Source of the DNA: a virus
Taxonomy: Duplodnaviria; Caudoviricetes
Direction: 5' to 3' (one strand)
Virus record (IMG/VR): IMGVR_UViG_3300005326_000040
Coordinates: 274,056-338,055 of that record
Length of the DNA: 64,000 nucleotides
Shown here in pieces: positions 28,825 to 38,207 of this stretch. Both the position numbers and the translations under genes were made by a program. Position 1 is the first letter of the stretch, and every line of letters begins with the position of its first letter. The notes beneath the pieces are model-generated. The model saw only the letters and a list, made by a program, of their open reading frames with translations, had not been told where the DNA came from and made no database searches.

Positions 28825-30537
28825 ATGGGCGAACATCCATCTATCACAAAAGAAGCTTACAATAAAAGTTGGTATCAGGTTAGTGATTTTCTAAACAACT
28901 TCACTTCATTAGGTAAGAACGCCTTAATGAATCGTTCGCGTTCTTATAAGGCAGCTATTTCTGTGCTTCGTAAGGTTGATACAGATATTAGAAAATATAT
29001 TGAGCAGCAGAAGCGAGTTGTCAAGCAAATCAATCGAGCCAAAAAGAAGATGGAGCTTGCTCCGTTCAAACAAGGCGTAGACGATTTTCTTAATCTACAA
29101 GAAGCAATTTTGAAAATTCTGAAACCTGAGGCTCGGGCAGAATTCAACAATATTCTACAGCATGTAAAGCATGAGTTGTTCCGGAATCCAAAAGCAAAGC
29201 GAATTCCGTTCAATCCACATGAGTCTGTTCAGCGTGTTCTTCAAAGTATTAGTGATGCTGGTATGGTAGCTGGCGGTCCAGGATTTGACCCAACAGTAGC
29301 TCCGTTTGATTGGAAAACTCGTGCTCAAGCAACATTTGATGAGCAAGAAAAGGCGCGAAAGAAGAAAGAAAAAGAATCAAAACAGAGACAACAGCAACAG
29401 CGTAAAGCTGAAGCCATCAATGAGTTTGTCAAAAATGGCGGTATGTTTGATTGGTATTTTAGTGGCAGGCATTATAAAAACCTTCAAGAAGGCGACGAGT
29501 TGTATGGAGCTTTAGATAATATCTTCAATACAATTGAAGCCATTTATCAAAATAACGACCAAACTTACAGTGAGCTTCACGCCCATTATGCCAAAGGTGA
29601 CCCTAAAGCATATCTTGATACTTTAGCTTCGTTGGAAAAACAAACGGCTACGGCTACGGCTAGCATTTGGAGCGACTATAATAAGCATCTTGCGCCGCTG
29701 GCAGAGCAAGAAAATGTTTCTTTGAATCCCGTTTCAGAAACAGCCCCCTCTTCAGAACAAGGTGCTGATTTACCGCAAGTTTTTGATGCCGGTGAACCAC
29801 AAGCCGGAGTACAAGCCGAGCCTGATACAAGCCAAAGACGAGAGCCACAAAGTGTTCAGATGAATGCTGATAGTGATATGCATAAGAAAATCGTAGACAC
29901 AATTTATGGCGGCCATTATGACGACGCTATTGAATTGATAAAACAAGAATATAGTTATGATTTATCGTATTATATTGGTTTTTATGGAGGCGGAATTTCT
30001 CAAGATAAAATTGAAGAAATTATGCATGAAACGTTTTATGAAGCTCTTCGTATGCTCCCCAATATAGCTAATAACATAGGTGATGGAAAAAGGTTTAACG
30101 TATTGGGTTGGTTAAAAACAATAGCCGCAACAAAAATTCCAGCACAAAACAGTCAACCTGCGAAACATGTTGAGCCTGTTGTGCAATCTCCTTCTGCTCC
30201 TGTTACGCCCGCTGTTGCTGAGCCCGCTGCTGCTGAGCCTGTCGCACAACCTGTTGTTGAGCCTGCTGAGCCCGCTGCTGAGACTGCTAAACCCGCGCCA
30301 CAACCTAAAGCTTCAAAGGCACCAAAAGCAAAAGCTCCAGCCGGGCTGCCTCGAAAGAAAAAAGTGAAGGTCGAATCTGTAGAACAAGCATTAGAGCAAA
30401 TTACAAAGACAGCCATGGATGGAAATCCTTATGCTGTTGCAGTTGAGATTTTGAAATTTGCCGAGGAAATTGAAGACGTTGATGAGGAGCTAGCAGACCA
30501 ACTTACCGCTATAGCTGAGAGTGTTATCAATGGATAA
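28825..30537 (+). CDS. Putative internal head protein with Ala/Pro/Glu repeat linker
   Basis: ITKEA, FVKNG, ITKTA and LKFA motifs; AEPA repeats at about 30170-30300. Confidence 0.6.
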   Translation: MGEHPSITKEAYNKSWYQVSDFLNNFTSLGKNALMNRSRSYKAAISVLRKVDTDIRKYIEQQKRVVKQINRAKKKMELAPFKQGVDDFLNLQEAILKILKPEARAEFNNILQHVKHELFRNPKAKRIPFNPHESVQRVLQSISDAGMVAGGPGFDPTVAPFDWKTRAQATFDEQEKARKKKEKESKQRQQQQRKAEAINEFVKNGGMFDWYFSGRHYKNLQEGDELYGALDNIFNTIEAIYQNNDQTYSELHAHYAKGDPKAYLDTLASLEKQTATATASIWSDYNKHLAPLAEQENVSLNPVSETAPSSEQGADLPQVFDAGEPQAGVQAEPDTSQRREPQSVQMNADSDMHKKIVDTIYGGHYDDAIELIKQEYSYDLSYYIGFYGGGISQDKIEEIMHETFYEALRMLPNIANNIGDGKRFNVLGWLKTIAATKIPAQNSQPAKHVEPVVQSPSAPVTPAVAEPAAAEPVAQPVVEPAEPAAETAKPAPQPKASKAPKAKAPAGLPRKKKVKVESVEQALEQITKTAMDGNPYAVAVEILKFAEEIEDVDEELADQLTAIAESVING

Positions 30538-31474
30538 TGGGATTATTCGGCAAGCAGCCATACAGATTATTGCTGAACCTAACGATGTCGTTAAGGTTGC
30601 GGGCACTCTTGGAAAAATTAAACGATGGATACGAGGTTTGATTAATCCAACAGTGCGCAGAGAAATAGACATTCTTGATAGGAAATATGACAAGGTTAGA
30701 CCGCTTATAATCCAGTTACAAAGTTCAATTGATCAAATTGAAAAATCGATTGAAGATGTGGATATGTATAGTTATGATTCTGCTATGCAGAGTTTATCCA
30801 AGACACTTACCAATCTCATTTCCAATCTAAGTGGTTTACAACAAGCGGTAGATATTCATCAGGACGCAGCCTCAACAAGCGGAAATGCAGCAGAACAGCG
30901 AAAACCTGGGTGGGTTACATTGATCGACAGAGACCTTCAAAGTCTTTTGGGTAAAAAATCCCTAAGAGATCTCGAAATTGATCTTAGTGATATTGATGAT
31001 AATCCTAAAGAATTTTACAATTCGCTAAAGAGTGAAAGTTTTGGCGGATACGGTAAGCATGGCGTTCGTTCTTTTGCCGCAAATAAGAACATGACTGACG
31101 AGGATGTTTATCAATTTTTAGAGAAGGCTGAGAGCAGTCATATCCTACAGAAGTTTGTAAGACCAGCAATGCTTCAAATGCCGATTGCGAAAATGTCGTT
31201 AGACCAAAGCAAAGAAAACAGCCGAGATTATTTGTTCACTTTGGAGTTGGTTGGTAAAAACATATCATTTGATATTGGTGACCCACAAAAGTATTTAATG
31301 GCAATCAATATAAAAATGGATGTCTTTGGTCCATCACGCCCTAAAAACAAACAAGATTTGAAGCTGTGTCGATTCAAAGTTAACAAACATTATGTTACTA
31401 GCATTAAGTCTGAAGAAGCTGTTGTCCCTTCTGAGCAACCAAGTTCTGAAGAGGCAGGGGAGCAGGTGAAATAA
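30521..31474 (+). CDS. Putative internal head protein
   Basis: IIRQA and VVKVA followed by the amphipathic helix GTLGKIKRWIRGL. Confidence 0.6.
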   Translation: MLSMDNGIIRQAAIQIIAEPNDVVKVAGTLGKIKRWIRGLINPTVRREIDILDRKYDKVRPLIIQLQSSIDQIEKSIEDVDMYSYDSAMQSLSKTLTNLISNLSGLQQAVDIHQDAASTSGNAAEQRKPGWVTLIDRDLQSLLGKKSLRDLEIDLSDIDDNPKEFYNSLKSESFGGYGKHGVRSFAANKNMTDEDVYQFLEKAESSHILQKFVRPAMLQMPIAKMSLDQSKENSRDYLFTLELVGKNISFDIGDPQKYLMAINIKMDVFGPSRPKNKQDLKLCRFKVNKHYVTSIKSEEAVVPSEQPSSEEAGEQVK

Positions 31475-32463
31475 TGAGTTCTGATAAGCGTTTTGAAGAA
31501 CTTTGCATGGCTATTGTCAAAAGCAATTTAGTCAAGCGAGCAGATGTAGTTCCGACGAGCGAGCAAAAGAATCCTGATGGCACACCTGTTCAGGAAGATC
31601 AACAGCCAAGTTATGGCGCAAAACCTGCCCAGCCTGCTGTTCCTGCACAACCGGCTAAACCAACTGTTCCTGCTCAGCCCGCGCAACCAGCACAGCCCGC
31701 ACAATCTGCTGCTCCTGCACAACCAACACAGCCTGTTCAACCAACAAAGCCTAATCCTGCGCAACCAGAGCCGCCTAAAGCACCAAAACCTCCTGTGCCA
31801 CAACAGCCTGCGCCTCAAAAGCCAGAAACACCGAAGCAGCCAGAACAACCTGAGCAGCCTGAGCAAAAACAAACTTATGATGCTTCGAATCAAACTTATG
31901 ACCCAAACGGCAAGACTCATAATGTGGCGCAAACAGAGCTTACAGGGATTATTGCGAAAGCAATGTTACAAGACCAAAATATCAAAAAACTGGCACAAGC
32001 ATATTATTTCCAGCCGTCAGTCAAAAATTTCTATTTAGCGCAAGAAAAGTTAGCCGCACAATTCAATAACGGTAAAATTATCCCAACCTCCGGAAAACTT
32101 TATGATAAATGCGTTGAAGCTGGCGCCGTTTCCTTTTGGACTCCTGTAGCTCCCGCTTCTAACTTTTATGCGTTTTCAGTCAAAGCAGACAATCATAAAC
32201 TAACCAAGTTAGCTCTCATTGACGCTCTTTGTTCGATTCGAGATAAATTTGGCTGCGCCTTTCAAATATTCGATTCTTTTGATGAGCTTCATGTTTCTTG
32301 CACTTCATTAAAGGAAATGAACGTTGAAGATTTGCGCGAAAATATCGCCGATAGTATTTTTGAAAAGCAAGCCGATATATTGGTTATTCTTCCTAAAGTT
32401 GGATCTCTTGGAAGGTGTTCTTCAGATTTTGTATTCAAAACGGGTAAAGTAACAGCATTATAG
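31474..32463 (+). CDS. Putative internal head protein with PAQ repeats
   Basis: LVKRA, then about 100 aa of PAQP/PEQP repeats (31610-31870); IKKLA and FEKQA. Confidence 0.6.
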   Translation: MSSDKRFEELCMAIVKSNLVKRADVVPTSEQKNPDGTPVQEDQQPSYGAKPAQPAVPAQPAKPTVPAQPAQPAQPAQSAAPAQPTQPVQPTKPNPAQPEPPKAPKPPVPQQPAPQKPETPKQPEQPEQPEQKQTYDASNQTYDPNGKTHNVAQTELTGIIAKAMLQDQNIKKLAQAYYFQPSVKNFYLAQEKLAAQFNNGKIIPTSGKLYDKCVEAGAVSFWTPVAPASNFYAFSVKADNHKLTKLALIDALCSIRDKFGCAFQIFDSFDELHVSCTSLKEMNVEDLRENIADSIFEKQADILVILPKVGSLGRCSSDFVFKTGKVTAL

Positions 32464-32468
32464 GCGAA

Positions 32469-33041
32469 ATGACTATCTATATCTTAGCTGAACAAACTAA
32501 ACTATCAGCCTTTTTTAGCGAAGGGTATTCTGTTCGTCCTGAATGTTTGATTCGCAAAGCCGAGTTGGAAAGCGAAGTCGATAAACTATCAGGCTCTGAA
32601 GGGTTCGTTTTGCTTAAAATTGAAGAGCCCACAATGACAGAAGCTTTGTCTTATGTGCTCCCAGAAGAAGAAATTCATCTCTTTGCAGATGAAGTCAAAA
32701 TTGTAAACCCAGCAGAAGAAGGAATACAATCTCAGGCACTACAAAATTCTTACTCTAACATTTTCAAAACTGCTGGAGCCGAGGTCTATTCTGTTATCCA
32801 AAAAGAAACCGAACAAAACAAAGAGTTGCATTCAAAACTAATTAAAGCTGCAAGAAATTTTGGACTGAATGCAACAAAAGAATATACCACGATTTTCAAG
32901 CGCGCAATGATAGATAAACCAGTGAGAGATGTGTTTCAAAAAACATTTCTTGAAAAGCTTGAAGAAGCTAAACGTCTAGGTGTCAAAAATGCCGAGAAGG
33001 CCGCTGCAATGACAGCGATGAGAAAGGTTGGTTTAATCTAA
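32469..33041 (+). CDS. Putative internal head protein
   Basis: LIRKA, IFKTA, LIKAA and IFKRA motifs. Confidence 0.6.
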   Translation: MTIYILAEQTKLSAFFSEGYSVRPECLIRKAELESEVDKLSGSEGFVLLKIEEPTMTEALSYVLPEEEIHLFADEVKIVNPAEEGIQSQALQNSYSNIFKTAGAEVYSVIQKETEQNKELHSKLIKAARNFGLNATKEYTTIFKRAMIDKPVRDVFQKTFLEKLEEAKRLGVKNAEKAAAMTAMRKVGLI

Positions 33042-34477
33042 TGTCTATTGCTCGGTTTACAGAGGTTTCACCTAATTTGTATCGAGGTGGCGCTCCAACA
33101 GAAGAAGATGTTGGGATTCTTAAGAGCCTATATGGCGTACAGCTAATCATTAGTTTGGATGAGTCTACTGGAAATAAAATCGATAAAGCTTGTAAAAAAT
33201 ATGGCGTTCAACATGTTATCAAACCCGTTCACGAGATGATTGAAAACGGCGTTGACTTGGTTATGGAAGAATTAAAGAGCACAAAAGCCACAGAGCTTAT
33301 TGGCGATAAGGTAGCTTTTGTTCACTGTAAGCATGGAAAAGATAGAACCGGAATGTTTGTAGCTAAATATAGGGTTGAAAATGGATGGTCGCCGAAGAAA
33401 GCTGTAGAAGAAGCTGTAAGTTTTGGTTTTGGCGTAGGTTGTGAACGCAACGTTCAAGATTATCTTGATGTTATTAATTCTGCTGCCACAGAAGATTTTG
33501 CAACACTAGAGGATTATAACAAGCTTTTTGGCAAAGTTAGAACAAAATCAACGTGTGAAAACTGCGGAAAAATCAAATATGACAGCGGCACCTGTACGAA
33601 CTGCGCAAGTGAAACAGGAGAAACTACGATAAAATTGTTTGATGATGCAGGAGATGCGGCAACCGAAACAAGAGACACAATGAATAAAATACTAGACTCT
33701 GACCCTATGTCGGCTCCTACAATCGATCAAAGTATATCCGGAGTTACTGGGTCGCTAAAGTACCCAAAAGCTGTTCGAAAAGGTATTGTTGGTGCCTTAC
33801 ATAAGTATATTGTTGCCCAGCAGCATGAAGTAAGTTCTCAAGTTACGGCAGAAGATGTTGCTCTCGCTAAAAGACTTATCAAGCAGTTTACTACGCTTAT
33901 TAGTCTTATTGATACTCTTATTTTGAAGGACGTTCAAAAATTTATTGAACTTTTGAAGACTGTCAACGGCATTACTCCAGAGTTAATCAAAGAAGTAAAA
34001 GCTGAACCGTATTTTTCAAACTTAGGCAAGAACATCAAAAAGAACTGTTGGAATCTTGTTGGCAATAAATATATCGATGTCGCAGAAGATATTGATGAGA
34101 ACAAAACCAAAAAAGAAAACATGGGAGATACTGATGGAAGAAAATCTCCGTTTGAAGTTTGTTTGGATGGTTTCAGCAAGTTTAATAAAGACACACTTAT
34201 TGGCCCAATGCAAAGCTCTCTCGAAGACGCGATGAAGGGTCTTGTAGATTTGGTTGTAGATTTAGCTGACTTTGTTGAGGAAAAGATTGAAACCAAAGAG
34301 TTTCAACCAAATCTTCTAAAATTACTTGAGGCGATTGAACAACAAACAGCCACTATCAAGTCATTGATTAAGGATAGGGTTATATTTACTTTGAACAAAG
34401 ACGTTGTTGGTTCAGATAAGCCTCATGAAAACAAAGAAGTAAGTGTTCTTCAACAAGTCGTTAACAACAAAAGGTAA
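33041..34477 (+). CDS. Tyr/dual-specificity phosphatase domain fused to Zn motif and helical domain
   Basis: LYRGGAP and catalytic VHCKHGKDRTG (HCxxGxDR); CENC..CTNC. Confidence 0.85.
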   Translation: MSIARFTEVSPNLYRGGAPTEEDVGILKSLYGVQLIISLDESTGNKIDKACKKYGVQHVIKPVHEMIENGVDLVMEELKSTKATELIGDKVAFVHCKHGKDRTGMFVAKYRVENGWSPKKAVEEAVSFGFGVGCERNVQDYLDVINSAATEDFATLEDYNKLFGKVRTKSTCENCGKIKYDSGTCTNCASETGETTIKLFDDAGDAATETRDTMNKILDSDPMSAPTIDQSISGVTGSLKYPKAVRKGIVGALHKYIVAQQHEVSSQVTAEDVALAKRLIKQFTTLISLIDTLILKDVQKFIELLKTVNGITPELIKEVKAEPYFSNLGKNIKKNCWNLVGNKYIDVAEDIDENKTKKENMGDTDGRKSPFEVCLDGFSKFNKDTLIGPMQSSLEDAMKGLVDLVVDLADFVEEKIETKEFQPNLLKLLEAIEQQTATIKSLIKDRVIFTLNKDVVGSDKPHENKEVSVLQQVVNNKR

Positions 34478-34479
34478 CA

Positions 34480-34644
34480 ATGGCGATTGTAAAATATAGC
34501 GATGGCGGAAGTATTGTTCGAGTAGTTGATAAGGAAGAAATTGCGCAAGAGTTAATTGAAGAGAAAGTAATTACGAAAAACGCTAAGGATGAAGATAGTA
34601 AGAATGAAGAAGAAAAGCGGGATGTTCCTTCTTGGGCTAGGTAA
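34480..34644 (+). CDS. Small acidic protein (54 aa, not in ORF track)
   Basis: MAIVKYSDGGSIVRVVDKEEIAQELIEEKVITKNAKDE...WAR* fills the gap exactly and carries ITKNA. Confidence 0.6.
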   Translation: MAIVKYSDGGSIVRVVDKEEIAQELIEEKVITKNAKDEDSKNEEEKRDVPSWAR

Positions 34645-34662
34645 TTGTTATTCTGTTAACCT

Positions 34663-34675
34663 AATATTCTGACAT
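34663..34675 (+). promoter_or_regulatory. Putative late promoter motif AATR-N6-YAT
   Basis: AATA-ttctga-CAT, 16 nt before the protease ATG. Confidence 0.5.
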
Positions 34676-34691
34676 TAACCTCAGAGGAAAA

Positions 34692-37600
34692 ATGAGTATA
34701 TTTAAACGTGGTGAAGCTCTTCAGTTCTCTACATCTGATATAAAACCTACAGACGCCATAGAAAACGATCCATTAGTAATGGAACGTTTCCGAAAAATGG
34801 CGTCTTCGCTGAAAAATAAAATTGCGCCTAAAGCGAATGATTTTTTATATTTTTCGGCTATCATGATGCATGCAGCTGAGAGATCTTTGTATGATGACAA
34901 GGGCAATCTCAAAGTAATTAATGGACGGCCCGTTGAAGCACATTGGGAAGTCAGCGATAAAGGTTCATGGAAGTGGGTATGTTCTGACCCAAACCTCCGA
35001 CCTTATAGAAACGCTAACAGAGATATTTTTCCTGAACTAGAGCTTAAGAAAGCTTACAAGAAATGGGTTGGAAAGCCTCTTTGTAAAGACCATCAATCAA
35101 GCACGATTGAAGGCGTTCGCGGTCTAATTCTAGATACATATTATGATGAAAAAGCAAAAAACGTTATAGCATTATGCGCTATTGACCGCGTAAATTATGG
35201 TGACTTAGCTAGAAATATCGAAACTGGTATTGCTAATTCAGTTTCCATGGGAACGGCAGTTGGATGTTCGATTTGTTCTGAGTGTGGAAACGTAGCTAAG
35301 ACTGAGACTGAGTATTGTCCTCATGTTCGGTCAAGAATTGCTTATGGAGAGATTAACGTTGACCTGTCTCCCATCGAGTTAAGCATTGTTGTTAATGGCG
35401 CAGACCCATTAGCGAGAGTAAGAACAATCATTGCTGCTACAAATCAATTTGAAAATACACTCAAAAAGAGTGCTGGAGCTGGTACAACTTTAGATCAATT
35501 GAATGCTCTTAAAGATGAGTTTTTCAAGCTTGCTGGTAGGATTCAAGAACTCGAAAAAGAAATTACAGTTCCAGATGACAATAATTTCGCATTAAAGGCA
35601 GTGGCATCTCTAGATATTCATGATGATGCCTCAAAACAAATTCAAGAAGAGTATATCAATGGGTTGAGTCTTATTAAGACTAAGATGTCAAACATTGAGA
35701 CGATGTTTCAAAAACTTGCTAACAATAAGTACAATACGGAGGAATTAATGGGGTCAGATACTAAAATTGCCAAAGGGTTTTACCAGGGAACAGAGGAACC
35801 GACCCCTGGACGCCCACAGTACGAAAAAGAAGAAGCCGACAAAATTCGTGACAACGAGGATCGCCAAGTAAAGAATATCGCTGATCTAGGCCCCGTTGAC
35901 GGAATGTTCCCTGGTGATCTTGAGAAAAAGCGTATGCTTGCTCGCGCTGCTGTTGAAGAGCGTCGTGTAAAGCGCGCAGCCCTTGTTGAAAAAGCAAAGC
36001 TTGCTTATATGCAGGGCACAACTGAGCCTGCCAAGAATGGCAAAACTACTTATACACCAGATCCACTAGGTGATAAGGCTCGTGAACAAGATCGTTTCTT
36101 GCAGAGCCCGACTGAGTTCAAGGGTGATGCGGCTCCAGGCGACGTTGAGAAGAAGAAGAAGCTTCTACGCGCTGATCTCAAGGCTCGTTTTACTAAGGCT
36201 GCAAAGCCAAACGGCCAAGAAGACACAGCAAATCATCGCTGGGATATTCTAGCAGACAACAAGGTTGTATTTTCTGCAACACTTAATGAGCTAACTGGTG
36301 GTCGTCGTTCTCTTTATGACTCAGTAAAAACTGCTGAGTTCGCAAAGGGAATGCTTCGTGCTATCAAAGAGGGTGGAGTTGAGAAGGCTGTATCTATTTA
36401 CAAGTCTGCTCAGATGGAAATGGGCGCTGACCCCATGGGCGCTATGCCTCCTGCTATGCCTGCCCCCGCTGCTGCTGGTCCAGTTCCCGGTGATATGATG
36501 GGCGGAATGGGCGCTCCTGCTGATGGCGGCGCTACTCTAGAAGCCGTTCCGGAAACAGTTGCTGACCCCGTCGAGCGTGGCAAGATGTCGCTAGAAGTTC
36601 TTGAGAAGAACATCGACACAATGACCACAAACCTTCGTGAGCTTTCCACCGATATCAAAGGCGGTTATGACACACTAGAGAGCCAGAGTGGACAGTTCGG
36701 CGGCGACGCTGCTGCCCCACTTGCTGCTCCTGCTAATGCAGTTACTGCAAGTCTAAATTCACTACGACGCGGCGCAACAGGCCCAGAAGCCACAGGCGCT
36801 CTTCGTAATATTCAGATTGTACTAAATGCGGGTCTAAAAGAAGCTTTCAAGACTGTTCTTGCTGAGATCGAAGAAAGCGCTGATGAGCTTGATACACTCA
36901 AGGCCACAATCAGCATGCCCGGAATCGATGATGTTCATCAGGAGTTTGTTCAGAATATCGCTGACAGCGCCATTACAGAAGCAAATGAGATCGTTAGCAA
37001 AGCTAATGCTCTTCGTCTTGCCTTTGTAAATTATGCTCGCGGTACATATGGTCTTGAGAAAAAGGCTGCCGTTGAGAATCGTATGCTCAAACTTGCTGCT
37101 GCAAAGAAAGCTAAGAGCAAGAAAGAAAAAGAAGAAGAAGATAAGAAAGCTAAGGAAGCAAAAGAAAAAGGCAAATGCAACAGCAAACCTGCTGGTAAGC
37201 AGCCAGTTCCTCCGCAGAAAACACCAGCGGCTCCCGCTGCCGGAATGAAGGTAAAGGCTTCTGAAGATGATGATGATGTAACCACACTAGAGGGTAAACG
37301 AATGCTTAGAGAAAAACTTGCATCCAAAGCTCTTCAAATGAGCGAAATGCTTAACAAAGCCCATCCAGGCGGCAGCGTTACTATCGGTGATTTGGACACT
37401 AAAACTCAGGAAGCCGTAGTCGAGGACCTTTCTGATGTTCATGACGCTATGGAAAACGCCGCAACATCTACTCCTACCGCCAGCGACAAAACAAAGCGCG
37501 CAGCCAAACGCATTGATGACCTAATCAAAGCTGGGCGCGTTGCTTCTGGCGAACTCGATGACCTCGTCAAGCACGGCTTGGACAAGGATGCAGTATCCTA

Positions 37601-38012
37601 TTGGAAGAAGTATTATGGTCAGGTCGAAGGCGGCAGTGAGTTCGCAAGCGAACTAGTCTCCGATTATGACAAGGAGAAGAGGGCTGCTCTTGATATCGAA
37701 CAGTACAAGGTCAAGCTCGCTCGTGCTTATGACATGGCTCACCGGATGGCTACCGCAGGTATCGTTCCAAATACCGCAGACACCATTCAGAAGGAAGCAG
37801 AGAAGATTGTCAAGTGGAATGACGATGCTTATGAGTCGATGGAGCGCGTAGTTGCCCATCGTAGACCCGAACTCCAGAAGGAAGCTTCTATGAGTATTCA
37901 GAACGGTCTCGCTCTCGATAGTAATATCGCACAGGGCGCACCTGCTGACACTACTCTTGTTGCAGAAATCACACAGGCTCTTATGGGGTCTAAACTAGGA
38001 CGCCGGTTCTAA
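34692..38012 (+). CDS. Prohead maturation protease-scaffold fusion
   Basis: WVGKPLCKDHQ (His), RGLILD, SVSMGT (Ser), CSICSECG..CPH, ELSIVVNGADPLA, then about 750 aa of coiled-coil/low-complexity sequence with many KxA motifs. Confidence 0.8.
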   Translation: MSIFKRGEALQFSTSDIKPTDAIENDPLVMERFRKMASSLKNKIAPKANDFLYFSAIMMHAAERSLYDDKGNLKVINGRPVEAHWEVSDKGSWKWVCSDPNLRPYRNANRDIFPELELKKAYKKWVGKPLCKDHQSSTIEGVRGLILDTYYDEKAKNVIALCAIDRVNYGDLARNIETGIANSVSMGTAVGCSICSECGNVAKTETEYCPHVRSRIAYGEINVDLSPIELSIVVNGADPLARVRTIIAATNQFENTLKKSAGAGTTLDQLNALKDEFFKLAGRIQELEKEITVPDDNNFALKAVASLDIHDDASKQIQEEYINGLSLIKTKMSNIETMFQKLANNKYNTEELMGSDTKIAKGFYQGTEEPTPGRPQYEKEEADKIRDNEDRQVKNIADLGPVDGMFPGDLEKKRMLARAAVEERRVKRAALVEKAKLAYMQGTTEPAKNGKTTYTPDPLGDKAREQDRFLQSPTEFKGDAAPGDVEKKKKLLRADLKARFTKAAKPNGQEDTANHRWDILADNKVVFSATLNELTGGRRSLYDSVKTAEFAKGMLRAIKEGGVEKAVSIYKSAQMEMGADPMGAMPPAMPAPAAAGPVPGDMMGGMGAPADGGATLEAVPETVADPVERGKMSLEVLEKNIDTMTTNLRELSTDIKGGYDTLESQSGQFGGDAAAPLAAPANAVTASLNSLRRGATGPEATGALRNIQIVLNAGLKEAFKTVLAEIEESADELDTLKATISMPGIDDVHQEFVQNIADSAITEANEIVSKANALRLAFVNYARGTYGLEKKAAVENRMLKLAAAKKAKSKKEKEEEDKKAKEAKEKGKCNSKPAGKQPVPPQKTPAAPAAGMKVKASEDDDDVTTLEGKRMLREKLASKALQMSEMLNKAHPGGSVTIGDLDTKTQEAVVEDLSDVHDAMENAATSTPTASDKTKRAAKRIDDLIKAGRVASGELDDLVKHGLDKDAVSYWKKYYGQVEGGSEFASELVSDYDKEKRAALDIEQYKVKLARAYDMAHRMATAGIVPNTADTIQKEAEKIVKWNDDAYESMERVVAHRRPELQKEASMSIQNGLALDSNIAQGAPADTTLVAEITQALMGSKLGRRF

Positions 38013-38042
38013 TCTAACTACATCATCATTGTTTAGAAACTA

Positions 38043-38074
38043 ACGAAGGCCCCTTGATTGGGGCTTTCGTGTTT
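38043..38074 (+). terminator. Rho-independent terminator
   Basis: ACGAAGGCCCC-ttgatt-GGGGCTTTCGT 11-bp stem with GTTT tail. Confidence 0.7.
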
Positions 38075-38155
38075 AATATCTTGTCTTTGTATTACGCTTC
38101 TAAGGCGTGTAATCAGATTCTGATTTGTTTATAACATATTGTTTCTACCGTTGCT

Positions 38156-38168
38156 AATAAACAGACAT
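38156..38168 (+). promoter_or_regulatory. Putative late promoter motif AATR-N6-YAT
   Basis: AATA-aacaga-CAT downstream of the terminator, before 38208. Confidence 0.5.
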
Positions 38169-38207
38169 TATTGCTGAAAGGCTATTTAACTTTTTCAGGA
38201 GATTTCA

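Noticed and set aside
30170-31870. Short DNA repeats as CRISPR or VNTR arrays
   Set aside because: They are degenerate codon repeats encoding AEPA and PAQP linkers inside ORFs.
22161-34477. KxA processing of the nucleotidyltransferase and phosphatase themselves
   Set aside because: Only isolated matches (VEKKYA, SPKKA), at a level also seen in DnaE and TerL. Their packaging is inferred from gene position only.
5296-38012. Inteins or introns in dnaE, recA, terL, portal or protease
   Set aside because: Lengths and motif order are continuous, with no C/S...HN-C/S/T splice signatures or LAGLIDADG blocks seen.
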